DNA of 58,511 bases, filler included, from Circinaria calcarea (Eukaryota): the NCBI GenBank assembly GCA_051942165.1. It is 4 parts of 4 records of this genome, joined end to end, with 100 filler letters (N's around TTAATTAATTAA, not from the genome) between each part and the next. Parts side by side here need not be neighbours in the genome. Positions count along the whole stretch, not along the records: positions 14,669 to 29,217 come from JAVECS010000418.1; positions 29,318 to 43,865 come from JAVECS010000419.1; 2 more parts are not named here. One strand, written 5' to 3'. Numbering within the stretch: the stretch's first letter is position 1; every line of letters begins with the position of its first letter. Positions 25,097 through 38,924 of this stretch are shown here, piece by piece. Both the position numbers and the translations under genes were made by a program. The notes beneath the pieces are model-generated. The model saw nothing but the letters and a program-made list of their open reading frames with translations. It searched no databases and had not been told where the DNA came from.

Positions 25097-27085
25097 TTAT
25101 GGAAGTGCCATAAAAACGTCAAGCAGCTTCTCGTATATTGGCGTTCCCAACCCAGTGACGGGGTCCCACCCCTCCACGGCCGAGAACCCTCGAGTACCAC
25201 AGCCGGGGTTGTTACCTTCGGTGATCTGGCCAAGCAGTTAATGTCGTTTCAACCCCCGATGACATACCAGAAACTTCCGAGTAGCATGATTATGGAACTT
25301 ACATCAATGAATGCGTCTGGATTGGCGTAAAGCGTTGGGTTGAGAAAGCCAACAACGGCCTTGTTGGCGGCCAGGCGTTTCTGATTAATCAGATTGATGA
25401 TTGACGCAAAGAGAGGTGCGCTGGCGCTGGTGCCAGAGTGTATTCCCGTCTTGCCGTTTACATATGCTTGGATTCTGGCTCCGTTGAGAGAAACATCAGG
25501 TGAAGCTCGACCAGTGCTATCATATTGTGTTGAGTTGTATGCAGGTGGATGATTGGTGAGAAAGTTCGACACGGCGTTTTGTTGATAAGCAGGCCTTGCA
25601 AAATGGCGGCTGAAGCCACCGCCGGACGTGATTACGCATCCATACGTGGATGAGGCAGCCACTTCAGGGTCCTTGATAGTTCTGCCTGGAGCAATCTGTT
25701 TAAATCAGAGTCGAGCATGTGGAATAGTAGATATAGAATTACCATTGTAGCACCCACAGATGTTACGTATGGGCAACTTGCAGGAAAGGTTGGAACGAAG
25801 GCACCGCCAGACCCACAAAGTCCTGTCCTGCTACCAACGCCGTGGTCACCAGATGCATAGAGAACGGAGACTCCCTGCATGCCTAATTTCATATACTCGT
25901 TGCATTCCCGTTCTTGAAAAGCAGTCCCGTTTTCCACCACTCCGTAAGAAACGGAAAGCACATGCGTCGGTTGGTATATACCACACTGGTCGTTCTTCTC
26001 GCAGAATGTGCTATCAAGAGTAGCGAGAAGAGTATTCCTAGACCCAACAGATTGGAATAACGTTATCTCTGCTGGATACACCAATGGATACGATACACTA
26101 AGGTCTAGCAACGTTTCCTCGTTACGCGTATTTGGAGTCTCAGGACCTACCGCACCATTCATCAGGTCGAGTTTCGGGTGAGTACCGTTAGGAATATTGC
26201 TAGCATAATTCGAAAAGAAAAGGTCTAGGTCTTCTTGGTCATAGCTTTGACCGAACGCGGCAATACCAAGGTTATTGCCTTCCTGTAAATCGGTAGCGTT
26301 GTTCGGGGGAATTCTATACAGAGCTACATCATGAATATCAACGATTCATCAAGACCCTAAGCGCACGATATATACATACCTCTAATACAATATGGTGTCA
26401 TGGATTGTCCACAATTCTCGAGACTTTCATCAGAGATTGCGAGTGATTCCACTCCCGAATGCTGGGTCGAGACCGCTCCGAGGATGACTTGATGAGAGGA
26501 CGAGCCTCTGTTAGACCGTGTGCGGATATCTTTGGTACCCCTTCGAGAAGAGCTGACTGTTGAGGTGATAACATCGATGTGAGGGCGAAGTCCCATAGGG
26601 ATGCTATAATCATCGCAGCCGATATAATGATCACGGGTCTCACGGTGCTGGAATAGGTGATATTCCGTGTTCAGCAATGCTTCCATTTCCCTAACATATG
26701 ATTCAAACCAGATCCAACCACGTTTAGGAGTGAGCGACTGTCTATCCTCGCTGATTCCAGCTTGCTTGAGCCAAGCACGAACGGATTTGATAGACTCATC
26801 TGCTGGTGAGAAAAAGTCAACAATCTGCTCGACGGTCCAATGCTTTCCATATTTGAGTGAAACTGGATCTGAGATTTCCTGAAGGTACTTGGGACCCAGA
26901 TGAAGGTTACGTTGTGTAAGGCCTACGCGCACAGATAGTTTAGCATTAGGAGACGCTTTTGCGAGCTTCTCCCAATGACTCGAGGCCGTTTCCTGTCTCT
27001 CGTGAAGAACGTAGGGTTCCGGTGTAGGAATGCTTGCAGCAATTCTAACGGCAAGTGCAAATGTAAGAACACTTGGGAGGTGCAT
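25097..27085 (-). CDS. Secreted sedolisin / tripeptidyl-peptidase (S53) with pro-kumamolisin domain
   Basis: Signal peptide, SDPVSLKYGKHWT prodomain, E-x3-D (ETLLD), ASGDHG, GTSASAP and Ca-site GWDPVTGLGTP. Exons 27085-26380, 26323-25743, 25695-25303 and 25225-25097. Confidence 0.95.
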
Positions 27086-28539
27086 GGTCGTAGTTGTAAC
27101 TGGGCGTAATATGACAAATGATATAGGAGCTTTAAGGATCTGTTAAGTCAAGCTTATTGAGAAGTCCATCACCTACAATACGGACATATTCGTTTATACA
27201 AACCACGACAAAGTTTTGTAGTCCGCGCACCGGATGGCCGGCAGAGTTGTCCAATATCAATTGGATTGCAATGGGTGGATTGAGGGGAAGACAGGAATGC
27301 ATATGCAGTGTCCTGTACAGTACGTGAAAGCGCGTATGCGCGCAAACAGTATTCAGGCGAGGAATATCACTAGGATTGGGTTCAGATCCCATCAGCGCTT
27401 TTTGGTGGCCTGGTGGTTTTCCAATCCTGTTTTCTGTACGATCACCCACATCTTGGTAGTGGCAGTGCAACCGAGGCAATCGATGTCATGCCATTTGCAA
27501 ATTGAGTAAGCAGCAAAGGTTGGTGAATATGTCTCCGTACGATTTATCAGCCGAGTCGTTCAATGGAGTTGCTCTCGTCATCACATCTCGTCATCACAGC
27601 TTATGTCGACGCTCGACTAAACAGCTGTTGGTTGTATGGATTCTGGTTATTTGAAAAAGGCTTCAAAGCTGCTCAACTGCTTATAATCCACCGAACAGCA
27701 GCTTAGACGAAGGTATCTGCAAGGGGGTTCTGCAATCATGAAAAGAAGCATAGACAAAGAAGGTGGTCTTGACTCCGGTAAAAGGATGCCAAGCAGGAGA
27801 AACAATGAACATCCGAAGATGCCTAGATTCAGGGTGAGGAAGTAGAATATGGCTCACGATGTAAAGTGATCCAGCGATACTTACTGGTCGCTCGAAACGA
27901 GATCGGATTTGGAGATATGCACGTTCCTTGGGGAAATGCGGGAGTAAATGTTGGAGGTGTGTTTTCTCTGCATGGACCGGTTTTTGATCCTATTGGTGAG
28001 GGTGTAATTCCTTTGGTCTAGATCCAGCTGATGATGACATGTATACCGCAGCCACTGTGTGATTGAATCCGTTGCTGTAGTCTGAGTCTCGAACGCGGTA
28101 TACAAAGATGACTTCGATCGTCTCAGACAAAACTACCTCGGTAGTCCTTCTTGCAGGTCCGTGCTTGTAGGGAACCCTCGGGCCGACTTCCCTTGGTCCT
28201 AAAAAAGCTATTTGTGCAATGATACGGCCGGCTTATGAAATATGGGCCAAAAGGACTTATCCAGCACATATAGAAAGGAGGAGCATTGGAGGGCGCTACG
28301 TCTTCAATAGTCTGCACGGTATGACCGGAATATACGTATGATAAAAGCTACTGAAGTACTATGTGATAATATGTATATGGATGATCTGCCGTGTGTAACA
28401 AGTGTGTGCAAGATGTGTGGAAGAAATATTCCGGGGATCGCTGAGATATGGAGCGAAAGGCACGCCCAATCAACGCTGTTTCCCCGCCATCTTCTCCACG
28501 CGATTTAATCATAATATTTGGCTCTTTTTGGCCATTTCG

Positions 28540-29217
28540 GCACAAGTCGGTTTTTACAGAGGATTATTGTTTATTTAAATAAAATAAATAAATAAAATGT
28601 CTACTATTTTGCGTTGTTATTACTATATCACGGGAGTGCAAATTGTAGAATTAAAATCATGAGGCTAAATTAATTAATTCCATTTTTTGCCCAAGGCAGG
28701 CTTCCGGGCCCAATGGGCTTGATTAGCCAGACCCCTTCCTCTCCCATAACAGCCTTAGTGTTACGTCCCTAGGCTTCTTAGGCAAAGGCAATGCTTAGTC
28801 ACTGGTATAAGGCAGGGGCTCTGTAGATATGCACGGAGGTTCGATACCAATCACTTAGCAAGTAAGTAAGTGACAATAGAAGTATATTGCTACACTTGTA
28901 AGGTCTTGACCACACAGGTCAAACACTACGGAAAGGACTGTGGCTATATAGGTCCTCTATGGTTACACGAGACGTCCGGAACGGGGTGGACGTAGGCGAC
29001 GTAGCTTCGTTCCCTACGTTCCCTACGTTCCCTACGTCGTGTACCAGAGATCCCTGAGCTATGCCGCATCCGGTTAAATGCCGCAGTATTCCCCCCCCCC
29101 TAATTTTTAACAATTAATTATTATAGAACAACAAGAGTAATTGGCGCTGTAAAAATTAAATATATTATAAATTAAATATATGAGAATAAGAATTAATTAT
29201 TAATAAATTAATTATCT
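28540..29217. repeat. AT-rich, probably RIP-decayed repeat at the contig end
   Basis: Very AT/TpA-rich, with (gttccctac)x3 near 29008-29036. Confidence 0.45.
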
Positions 29218-29317
29218 NNNNNNNNNNNNNNNNNNNNNNNNNNNNNNNNNNNNNNNNNNNNTTAATTAATTAANNNNNNNNNNNNNNNNNNNNNNNNNNN
29301 NNNNNNNNNNNNNNNNN
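29218..29317. other. Artificial contig linker
   Basis: N44-TTAATTAATTAA-N44. Confidence 0.98.
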
Positions 29318-29752
29318 CTGGCAAAGAAAATCATCAGGGAAACCCATGGCGACGTAGCTCACAACGACGCCGCGTTGATCCAAAAATACAAGGATCAGGC
29401 TGCCAGCGACAGATATCCTTGGGAATGGGACGAGGAGGTGGAGGAGCTGCTCGGGAATTGGAAGAGGGGAGAAATTGTGAGAGGTAAGCCCAGCCAGGAG
29501 GACCAGGTGGAAGAGACAGAGGAAGTGGAGGAAAAGAAGGTGGAGAAAGGGGAGGAGATGGTGGGAGGGGAGGAGGTGGAGGAGAAGCCGAAGGAGGTGG
29601 AGGAGGAAAAGTCGAAGGAGGTGGAAGGGGAGAAAAGCGATGAGGAAGTCGAGGATAAGTGCGCGGAGGATGGCGCGGAGGAGGTCGAGGACGACGGGGA
29701 GGCGTCTCCCGGAGGAATGCTGAGAAGCATCTTTTGTAAGTTTGGATATTAA
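29318..29752 (+). CDS. 3' part of a hypothetical Glu/Lys-rich protein (5'-partial)
   Basis: Frame is open from the contig start (LAKKIIRETHGD...) through EVEEEK-type repeats. Confidence 0.5.
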   Translation: MAKKIIRETHGDVAHNDAALIQKYKDQAASDRYPWEWDEEVEELLGNWKRGEIVRGKPSQEDQVEETEEVEEKKVEKGEEMVGGEEVEEKPKEVEEEKSKEVEGEKSDEEVEDKCAEDGAEEVEDDGEASPGGMLRSIFCKFGY

Positions 29753-29842
29753 TCCAATACCTGAATGTAAGCTTCTACTGACCTTTGTTGCGATGCGACT
29801 GAGTTAACGAACGTAAAATAGACTACCAGATTGCAAGGAGAG

Positions 29843-30088
29843 TTTGACTTGGGCAAGATAGCTACTGGATAGTGGATAGGAAATTGCTACCTTTGATTTG
29901 GGGAAGACAGCTGCTGGATAATGGATAGAAAATTGCTACTTTAAAGGGGGAGGCAGCTACTGGACAGTGGATAGGAAATTGCGACCTTTGATTTGAGAAG
30001 ACAGCTGCTGGATAATGGACAGAAAATTGCTACCTTTGACTTGGCGGAGGCAACTGCTGAACAGTGGATAGAAGACCGCTACCTTCGA
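29843..30088. repeat. Minisatellite, about 48-nt unit x5
   Basis: Core gctRctggaYaRtggataGRaaattgctacctttga starts at 29861, 29910, 29956, 30004 and 30053. Confidence 0.9.
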
Positions 30089-30419
30089 TACTGGCTTGAT
30101 AGCTAGAAAAACACACTTACTACGTACATGTCCAGATGAATGTGAATGATGATATGGGATATATTTAAGACAGCCCTAGTATAAGCAACTGGAGAGGGAA
30201 GGTCTGTCGTCGGGGGAATATATCAGTTTTCGGCGGCTACACTAGACTTTTGTTGGGCTAGGTTCAAGGCGCGAAAAAAGTATAGGCGCGCGTTCGCCAG
30301 ATGCGATTATTCTGCGTGAAGATGTGATCTTGATGCTCTTCATAGTTATGTCTACCAGTCCATGAAATCACCAAAAGGTCCTAATTTATCCCACAACCGT
30401 AAATTCCAATCCACCCAAC

Positions 30420-32283
30420 ATGCAGGCTCCAGTTGTGGTCATGAGTGAGCTACCCACTTGTATTGGCTACATGCCACGGACACCAGCTAACAGTATATAG
30501 ACACGCAGTCTGGTGATAGACAAATAGGGCGCAAAGCACAGTTGTCAAACATCACAGCAGCAAAGACGTGGGTTGAATGTTTGGAAGCACAAACCAGTGA
30601 ACCTCGTCCTAACAGCTCTTTTCTAGTGTCGCAGATATTATTCGATCATGCCTAGGTCCAAAAGCTATGCTGAAAATGCTACTGGATCCAATGGGAGGAA
30701 TAGTGTTGACCAATGATGGTCATGCTATATTACGAGAAATCGAAGTTGCACATCCAGCTGCCAAAAGCATGATTGAGCTCAGCCGAACGCAAGATGAGGA
30801 GGTTGGAGATGGGACGACGACTGTGATTATACTAGGTATTTTAGTCTCCCTCTATGGCCATCAATCAGCTGTTCATTATCATAGCTGGAGAAATACTAGC
30901 CCGAGCTCTTCCGCAATTAGAACGAAACATCCACCCGGTCGTCATCATCTCTGCTTTTAAACGTGCCCTTGCAGATGCTCTGGATATTATCGAAGAGATC
31001 TCATTGCCGGTCGATACCAACGACGACAAAGCAATGTACAGCCTCATCTCATCCTCCATAGGTACAAAGTTTGTCTCTAGATGGTCAGAGCTGATGTGCA
31101 ACCTGGCACTGAAAGCAGTCAGAACGGTATCGCACGACATCGGCGGAGGAAAGAAAGAAGTTGACATCAAGCGCTACGCAAAGGTAGAGAAGATACCGGG
31201 CGGGGAAATAGAAGACAGCAAGGTCATAGACGGCGTCATGTTAAATAAAGACATTACACACCCCAAAATGCGACGGCGGATTGAAAACCCACGAGTCATC
31301 CTCCTCGACTGTCCCCTAGAATACAAAAAGGGGGAATCGCAAACCAACATCGAAATCAGCAAAGAAGACGACTGGAACCGCATCCTCCAGATCGAAGAAG
31401 AGCAAATAAAACACATGTGCGACGCCATCCTCGCCCTCAAACCCGACCTCGTCATCACCGAAAAAGGTGTCTCGGACCTCGCCCAGCACTTCCTCGTCAA
31501 GCACAACGTTACCGCCCTGCGGCGGGTTCGGAAAACTGACAACAACCGCATCGCCCGCGCCACCGGTGCCACCATTGTCAACCGCGTCGACGACCTGCAA
31601 GAGTCGGACGTCGGCACCCACTGCGGCCTCTTCGAGATCGAAAAGATCGGCGACGAGTACTTTACCTTTATCCGAAAGTGCAAGTTTCCCAAAGCGTGCA
31701 CCATCCTCCTTCGCGGCCCCTCGAAAGACATCCTGAACGAGATTGAGCGAAACTTGCAGGATGCCATGTCCGTCGCTCGAAACGTCATCTTCCATCCCCG
31801 CCTCTCACCCGGGGGAGGCGCGACCGAAATGGCCGTCTCCGTACAGTTAGAGCGCATGTCCAAGGGCGTCGAGGGCGTCCAGCAGTGGCCCTACAAAGCC
31901 ATCGGCGAGGCCATGGCCATCATCCCGCGGACCCTCATCATGAACTCGGGCAGCAGTCGGATCCTGCCCGTGCTGTCGGAGCTGAGCGCCAAGCACGCTG
32001 CGGGCGAGAACACGTGGGGCATCGATGGGGATACGGGCAAGGTGGTAGATATGCGGGCTTACGGCGTGTGGGAGCCCGAAGCGGTCAAGGTGCAGAGTGT
32101 CAAGACGGCCGTTGAGGTGAGAGTTCATTCGTCCACTGTGCTGTTTGCGAGGTTTGGCGAGATGAGATAGCTAACGTCAGTGCACAGTCTGCGTGTTTAC
32201 TGCTCCGGGTCGATGATATATGTAGTGCCAAATCCGCCAAGCAGGCGGGCGGTAATATGGGAGGGGGTGGGGGCGACGATTAG
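30420..32283 (+). CDS. CCT3: T-complex protein 1 subunit gamma (CCT-gamma)
   Basis: MQAPVVVM start, TNDGHAILREI, GDGTTT and EYKKGESQT. Exons 30420-30444, 30501-30567, 30627-30835, 30885-32116 and 32188-32283. Confidence 0.97.
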
Positions 32284-32525
32284 GTGGCAGTTCGCATATG
32301 ATAAGCCCCCTTTTCATGCCAAAAGTGTACCCTTTTGTTTTGGGCCAGTGAATAAAATGGGCCTTGGCGAAAGATACCTCCCTTCCTTCTGTGTCATAAC
32401 ATGAGATATGGCCACACAGCTAAGGCTCAGATCAGAATGAAGATTTCCTGAGTAAGCTCTTCCTTCCTATAGCCCTAAGCCTCTGTGACTATATACAACG
32501 CTACCTCAGCCCTCCCCCCTCTCCC

Positions 32526-34065
32526 TCACCGCACACTCTCCTCAAAACTCTCGCCGATTTCCTCCCTCCCCGGTCCCGAATCCTCACTGCTTCCTTCCCC
32601 ACCATCAACGTCGCTCTGATCCCCCAACGCATCAGCCCTGACCCCGGACCTGATTCCCCCATCCCCATCAAACGCCCCCTGCAGCGCTAGGCCCATACTC
32701 CGCGGATGCCGGATCCTCACCGGGTCCTGGTGCTCCACCTCTTCCTCGTCCGAAGATCCAGACATGCTGGCAGCACCGGATTCGGAACCACCGCCATCTC
32801 GGCCTGCTTTTAGGATGGCAAGGCGGTCGGGGGAGATGACACGGGATTTCCGGATATCGGGATTTGCAAGCGTGATTTTGGAGGGAATGTTTGCGGCGTC
32901 GGTGTCTTCGGCGCTTTTGGTGGGGGAGTCTCTGGGTGAGTGAGGAGGTCCGACTCTTGCTTGCGGATCATCCCATGCGTCATCTGGTGGCGAGAAATTT
33001 TGTGGCGGTTTAAAGGAGTTGCGCTTCATTGCCATTTGAAGTTTTTCTATGTCCGCTGTTCCGTCGTCTTGAAATAAGTCCGCTGTGTTTTGCCTCCTCA
33101 CTGAACGTCTAGTCGCATTTGCAGCACCATTTTCATATCCGCTGGGACAGCTTCCCCATGGCTTTCGTACGGGTATGGGACTGTCTGGCTGAGATTGCGG
33201 TTCCTTTTTGAGCTCGGACCATGTCCGTAATTGGTTCTGGAGAATATATTTTTCGCTTCGGGGATTCTTTTTCATGACAACAAACTCGCAGTGATTGACA
33301 TTCCGTAAGTCCTCAAAATATTCCACGCTGAAATGGTACCACTTCATCAGGAACACGCGCGTCATAAGACCGTGGGTAACTAGCACGCATACACTCGCGA
33401 AATCTTCTTCTCCGAAGGACCGCCACAGGCTTTCGTTGAAGCCGCTTATTCGATCATAGGCATCGGCTGCGCTCTCGCCATTGGGTATTCTATAAAAGAA
33501 GTGTCCGTAGTCTGCGCGCTCTTGCCACATTCTGGACATTTCCGCCGAGGAGGGTTGGAAGTTTCCAAAGTCTTGTTCGCGCAGCCGGGGCTCTTCGTAG
33601 ACTTTGATTTTGTTGCGGGGGAAGGGGGACGGGGAGGGAGTGTCGGCAGTCAAGGAATTGAGGATGCCTTCAGTGGTCTCCCGTGTCCGCCGATAGGGGC
33701 TAGTGAAGAAGTGGAGGGTATCATCTGGGCGGAGAAGGGACCGAAGCTTGCGGCCAGCTTCTTCTGCCTAGAGAACGGGAGGCAGCGGTTCAGCAGGAGA
33801 AGGTAAGCACCTTTGGTGGAGCACACATACCTGGCACCTTCCTTCTGGTGTCAATTTAACTCTATGGTCAGGGACAGTTTGGTGGATATCTCGATTCTCT
33901 GGGTGAACCAGCGTTAGTTTCCTGAATGCAACCTTAAAAGAACTAACCAGTACTTACTGTTGCCCTCTGATTGAGCATGTCGAACGAGAATAATCAACTG
34001 TCCGTAAGCTTAGCATGATGGCGGCCTCTTATATCATTTTGATCACTTACTCGAGGCTTTCCCAT
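32526..34065 (-). CDS. Histidine phosphatase / phosphoglycerate mutase family protein (Det1-like)
   Basis: Spliced N-terminus MGKPR/LIILVRHAQSEGN, FTSPYRRTRET, EEPRLREQDFGN, GESAADAYDR and VTHG, followed by a disordered tail. Confidence 0.88.
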
Positions 34066-34459
34066 GATAAAGATTATGACCGTGTAAATAGAACGATGCG
34101 ATCAAAGTAATCGAATCTGGCTCGGAGCTTATCGATATCGCTACCATAGTGGTACCTGACTAAAATCTGCCGCTAAACTTACATGTGATAGTCTACCTAC
34201 TTCGCGACATCGTCAGCTCAGTCCCTATCAACGCAAAACCCTTACTCACGCCTCTGTGTCATGTTTACGAAAGCTTCCTATCTCGCTCCAGAGAGCCTTC
34301 AGACATAACTACTATACACCTTTAAAGCTTTTCATAATACCACCATTATAGCCTTGTTCCCCCCGAGGAGCTCACCCGCAATTCCATCCTCAATCAGGAC
34401 TCACCCATAAAGCTTACTCTGCTGAGAACCAAACTTTTCCTCCCCATCGCACTCCCAAA

Positions 34460-35086
34460 ATGTCCGAACCCATCCCCGAGTCAATCCCCACATCCCAAGA
34501 TCCGCGCTCCAAACGCCCTACAAAACGCCTCGCCCTAACTCCCACCACCCAACAGGCCACCCAGCTCTCCGCCCTCTTCGCCAAACCCGACCGCGAGATC
34601 CCTCTCCCCACATCCTCCGCCCTCACCACCGCAAACCACCGCTCTCACAACTTCCCGCCGCCCCCCGAGATCGTCGCCAATGTTCAAGGATCCTCTGCCG
34701 GTGCTGGGTCAGGGGAATTCCACGTCTACAAGGCGAGTCGGAGGAGGGAGTATGAGCGGCTGAGGCTGATGGATGAGGAGGTGAAGAGAGAGAAGGCGGA
34801 CGCGGAGTTTGAGAAGGAGAGGGAAGAGAAGAAGAGGAGGGACGAGGCGAAGACGAGTAAGAATAAGGCAAGGAGGGAGAAGCTGAAGGCCAGGAAGGGA
34901 GAGAAGGGTCAAGTAAAGGAGAAGAGTGGGGAAGAGATGCCTGGGGTGGAGGCTACGCGGAAGGAAGATTTCCTCGGGAAGCTGGGAAATGGCGTATCTT
35001 CCAAGGATGACGGTGGTGAAATTACAACAGATGCCGTACCGAGCAATCCGGAAGAGATTGGTGTTACGATTCATGACGATGATTGA
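34460..35086 (+). CDS. PRKR-interacting protein 1 homolog (DUF1168)
   Basis: Signature NVQGSSAGAGSGEFHVYKASRRREYERL followed by a charged coiled coil. Confidence 0.9.
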   Translation: MSEPIPESIPTSQDPRSKRPTKRLALTPTTQQATQLSALFAKPDREIPLPTSSALTTANHRSHNFPPPPEIVANVQGSSAGAGSGEFHVYKASRRREYERLRLMDEEVKREKADAEFEKEREEKKRRDEAKTSKNKARREKLKARKGEKGQVKEKSGEEMPGVEATRKEDFLGKLGNGVSSKDDGGEITTDAVPSNPEEIGVTIHDDD

Positions 35087-35380
35087 CAACTACACACAGA
35101 AATAGAGACATGCTCTCCCTTCAGTGTACAATAAGAAGTTTATTCGGCTTCCAAATATTTAGATACCCAATTCCAACTCGGTTTTACAAGACCCTTAACG
35201 TGTTCTGAGTTTGGTTATTCTATTCAGATGGCCATTATTTCGTGGTAAATAATCAGTAGCTGATCTATCACAAGACCAGCATTGCTGGAAAAAGCCACTA
35301 GCGCCACGCTCATGGGTCTCCGATTCCGAGCACGCTGAATGACAAATGTGGCATAAATCGAACGCACACACAACCCACGA

Positions 35381-38300
35381 CTATGGTTGTCTTACAAGAT
35401 GCTTTTCCAAGTTTGCAAGATGTTTCCGTAATAGCATCTTTGCACCAGAGCTAAGATGCATTCGACCTTCGTTTCGGATGGTGGTTTTATCACCGTTGCT
35501 TAATGAGTCCGACGTTTCTGTCTGAAGGGCGTCTCCGCCTTTGAGTAAAGCGTTTGACTCTCCTACGACTATTGGTAGTAGTTTAGGACCTTCGTCCTCT
35601 TTTGAGAGGTAAAGCCACCTGATAACATCATCAAGGCCATTGACCTCTCGGGAGAGTGCATGAGCAACGAAGCCCTTCGCCATGACTAACGCGCGTTCTG
35701 AGTAGAGCGCAGAGTTGATTCGAGACTCTTCGGTTCCAATTAGGGCATTAAAGCCTGCTTCATCTAACATTTCCAGTTAGAATGTCACGCACACACTATA
35801 AGGAGTAAACCCGTGGAGATACAGAAACTTGACAATTCAGACAGAGATTATTAGGTAGCTGAGAAATTGACATCATCGATATCCGGTTGATTTGACTCAA
35901 TCGAACACTCGAGCCAAATGCCTCAAGTCATCAGGAGGAGGTCGGACATGAATCTTTTAGAGGCGCTATAGGGAAACTTACTATAGTATGGCTCTTTGAC
36001 GAGCACAAGCCCCATTAAGCTTACAAGAACTTGTAGCATACTAGAGCCCTTTGCAGACCAACCTTCGTTCTTCCTATCTCCTGGCCAAGTTCCTAACAAG
36101 CTAAGGCAGATTTTTCCATCCTCGTAGAGATTGGGATTAATCCTCCCAACACCATTGGTCCATGAATGAAAGTACGCCTCTGGAGGAGAGTCAGGGAAGT
36201 CTTTGTTGAAATGAAAATCCATGACAAACGGTGCCAGCTCGTACGGAGTACCGCGAGGTCCGACGATAAGGATTCGGAGAAGATCGAGACGGTCGATCCA
36301 TGTCCTTACCCATATGCCGTTGGGGAGAGAAGATTTCATAATACTGTGTTCCTTCCGGACGCGCCGCATGAGGCTAGCAGAGAGCTCAACACTGTCTACG
36401 AGGAAGTGATGATCAGAGGGCGGTGGGCTTTCCAAAATCAGAAACTGTGCTGGTGCATTTGGATAAGTGTATCGAAGGTCGTCTTCGGTTAATTGTTCAG
36501 ATGTCTTCGTTTCTGTAGGTTCTGCATCTGTGACTGACATTGGACGATTAACGGATGCTGCGGGTTGGGTTTCGTTGTCTTCCTCATCAGTCATCCACAT
36601 CTCATCTCCACCATCACCGTCAAGACGCTCACCACCCTCGTACTCGACGACCTCTTCAATAACATCGTCTGAGGTGTAGCCTTTGCTGGACTCGATCGAC
36701 ATACTGTCATCCCAAGAGTCCGGCTCCTCCTCTTCGTCGTCCGAGCTGAATGCCCCGAACTGGCTTTCATCGTCTCCTCCAACGATGACAATGATTCTAT
36801 CAATGGATACTTTGATATCCCGAACCTCTTTTGCGGCCCCAAGTCGTACGGTAATAAGACCATCCAAACCTAAATCAACTATTTCTCCAAACCAGGTAAT
36901 TCCCGCAGAACCGTCATTGGGAATGCTTCTGATACTCTGACCACCACTCGATATGACATTGCCCAATGCACTGGTGGCAGTGCCGAACATAGCTTGTAAG
37001 GTAGCTGGGACGATGGCACTGTTGGACGACGCTTGTTGTAGAGCTAGGGTAGAATGCGTGGCTAATAGTTGGGTGTTTGGAGCTACGAGTACCAGGTCAC
37101 CTCTTCGTTTCGACAACGCTGGATAGGCAACAATCTCATAAAAAGAAACTTGAGTTTCATCCCTCGAGAGTTCGCCCAAGCTGGAGCCCGGTAGCAATAT
37201 TGACCTCTGCTCATCAAAGATCCCGACATCAGGATTTGAGAACCAGCGAATACGTGCCAGTCTCTCTCTGGCATCAGTGGACTGAACAACACCAACCCGC
37301 TTCGGTTTGATAAAATCAGGGGCGTCTGGGGCATCAACATGGATGATCTCAGAGTCCACATCCTCAACAGACTTGTTCTTCTTTAGTGCAACAATTTCTC
37401 CTGGCCAAACGTCATGGTCATCCACATTCAGGTAGGGACTTATGGTGGATGAATCTTGATCCGAGATCGATCCATCCTGCCATTGTACTGTTGTCATGAG
37501 CTTTGTTTCCTTTACAATGAAGACATTCATATCATATCCCTGCGTAGCGGTTCTTGGAATTCTACGAAACAATCCCTTCTGTAGACCATCAGTTGTGAGC
37601 TGCCCGGCATATTTTACAGCAGCGCCCGCAACGTCTCGAAAGCGTACATGATCACCAGCTGCAATGTTGGAACCACGAACAGCGCCTGGTAACTTCATAT
37701 CGGGTCGATCCATTGGCATTTTTTCTCGGTCATATAGCTGAATCTCGCCGCTCTCAATATCGTCCAGGTCTAGTAAGGTAGAGGGCGTGGGATTGGGGGC
37801 TCGGTCAAGCTCGAAGACATTTGCCGTTAGCCATGTTACTTCGATTTGAACGACTCGTACGTCGACCACAATTCCCTCCGGATTTACAGAAGGGTCGTAG
37901 GTACCAAACTTCCATTGTCCTCGGCGTAGATTGGCCTTCTTCGTAACGACGGTCTGACCAGGATAATAGCTTGATGCTGGTACTGTTTCAGTGGCTATGT
38001 TTCCGTGGAGAGTAAGTTTGTGGCGTTGTTTGAGTATTTTTGCGAGATTCCATGTATTGTGTATATCACTTTCCTCGTTCGAAGGCTGTAATATGTCCAA
38101 CTCATCCGCACTTTCCACTACCACAACGCTACCATTCGCCAATCGTACGGCAACTTCCTCGAAGATATCTCTCACTTCACCAATCCAATCACGATAGATG
38201 ATATAATCGCCCTCTGTGCAGTCCTCGATGAATCTTAGTTCTTCTCCCGAGACCCGGAAAAGTAGATTATCTTCTTCCCTGTACGGCCAAGGTTGAGACT

Positions 38301-38924
38301 CATTGAATGGCAATCCGTTGTAGATAGGTTGCAAAGTACACTCAACAGCAGTCCTTGTAACTGTACCACTTTGTGCATCCGAAGGATGCCGCTTAACGAC
38401 GTCGCCCACGGCAAGGCCTCGATCAACGAGAATCAAAGCACTTTCGGGGACGAGACTGCAACCATGATATGGCTCGATAAATATCACAAGAACATGACCA
38501 GGTGGCAGCTAGAAGAGGTCAAAAAGGTAATATTTTCACTGTAAATACAAGTGGCTACTAACCCGCCTTTGGAGAAGGAACTGTTCTTGCAGCTCCCACG
38601 ATACACCATCGTGTGATATCAGCTCGTCCAAGTCTATGAAGATTTCGGAGTCGACCTTGCTTGATGGTCAGCAGCGATGACTTTGGCTCAACGAGAGCAG
38701 GAAGCTGAAGGGCCAGTAGTGAATCTGCCATACATCACGCCATGTTCGCTGCCACTCGTCAGATACCACGCTCGTACGGCCAGACTTTGACTGGGCTTAC
38801 GTCCACCACCCCAATAATGGATGGATCATCTTTCAACGCGCAGGTATCTTCTGCGAAAAACTACCAATAACCGTCAGCTATATACTCAAGGACGAGATAT
38901 GAAAGATGCACGTACCGATGTCAT
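35381..38924 (-). CDS. Large UBE2O-like ubiquitin-conjugating enzyme
   Basis: UBC domain GPRGTPYE...RINPNLYEDGKICLSLLGTW...EPYY. UBE2O-type N-terminal motifs LVDR, VQWQDG and DHDVWPG. Small 5' exons start at ATG 38924; last exon ends at 35381. Confidence 0.9.

Noticed and set aside
14717..27085. Secondary-metabolite cluster (aminotransferase, O-methyltransferase, peptidase)
   Set aside because: No backbone synthase, transporter or regulator; the genes are widely spaced and functionally unrelated.
27500..28400. Possible degraded gene upstream of the S53 peptidase
   Set aside because: Only short ORFs without recognisable similarity.
29843..30088. CRISPR-like array
   Set aside because: The whole unit repeats with no unique spacers, the context is eukaryotic, and there are no cas genes.
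31174..31863. Long antisense ORFs over CCT3 (similar ones at 45825-46616, 51080-51907 and 56389-57366)
   Set aside because: Shadow ORFs opposite GC-rich coding sequence, with no recognisable motifs.
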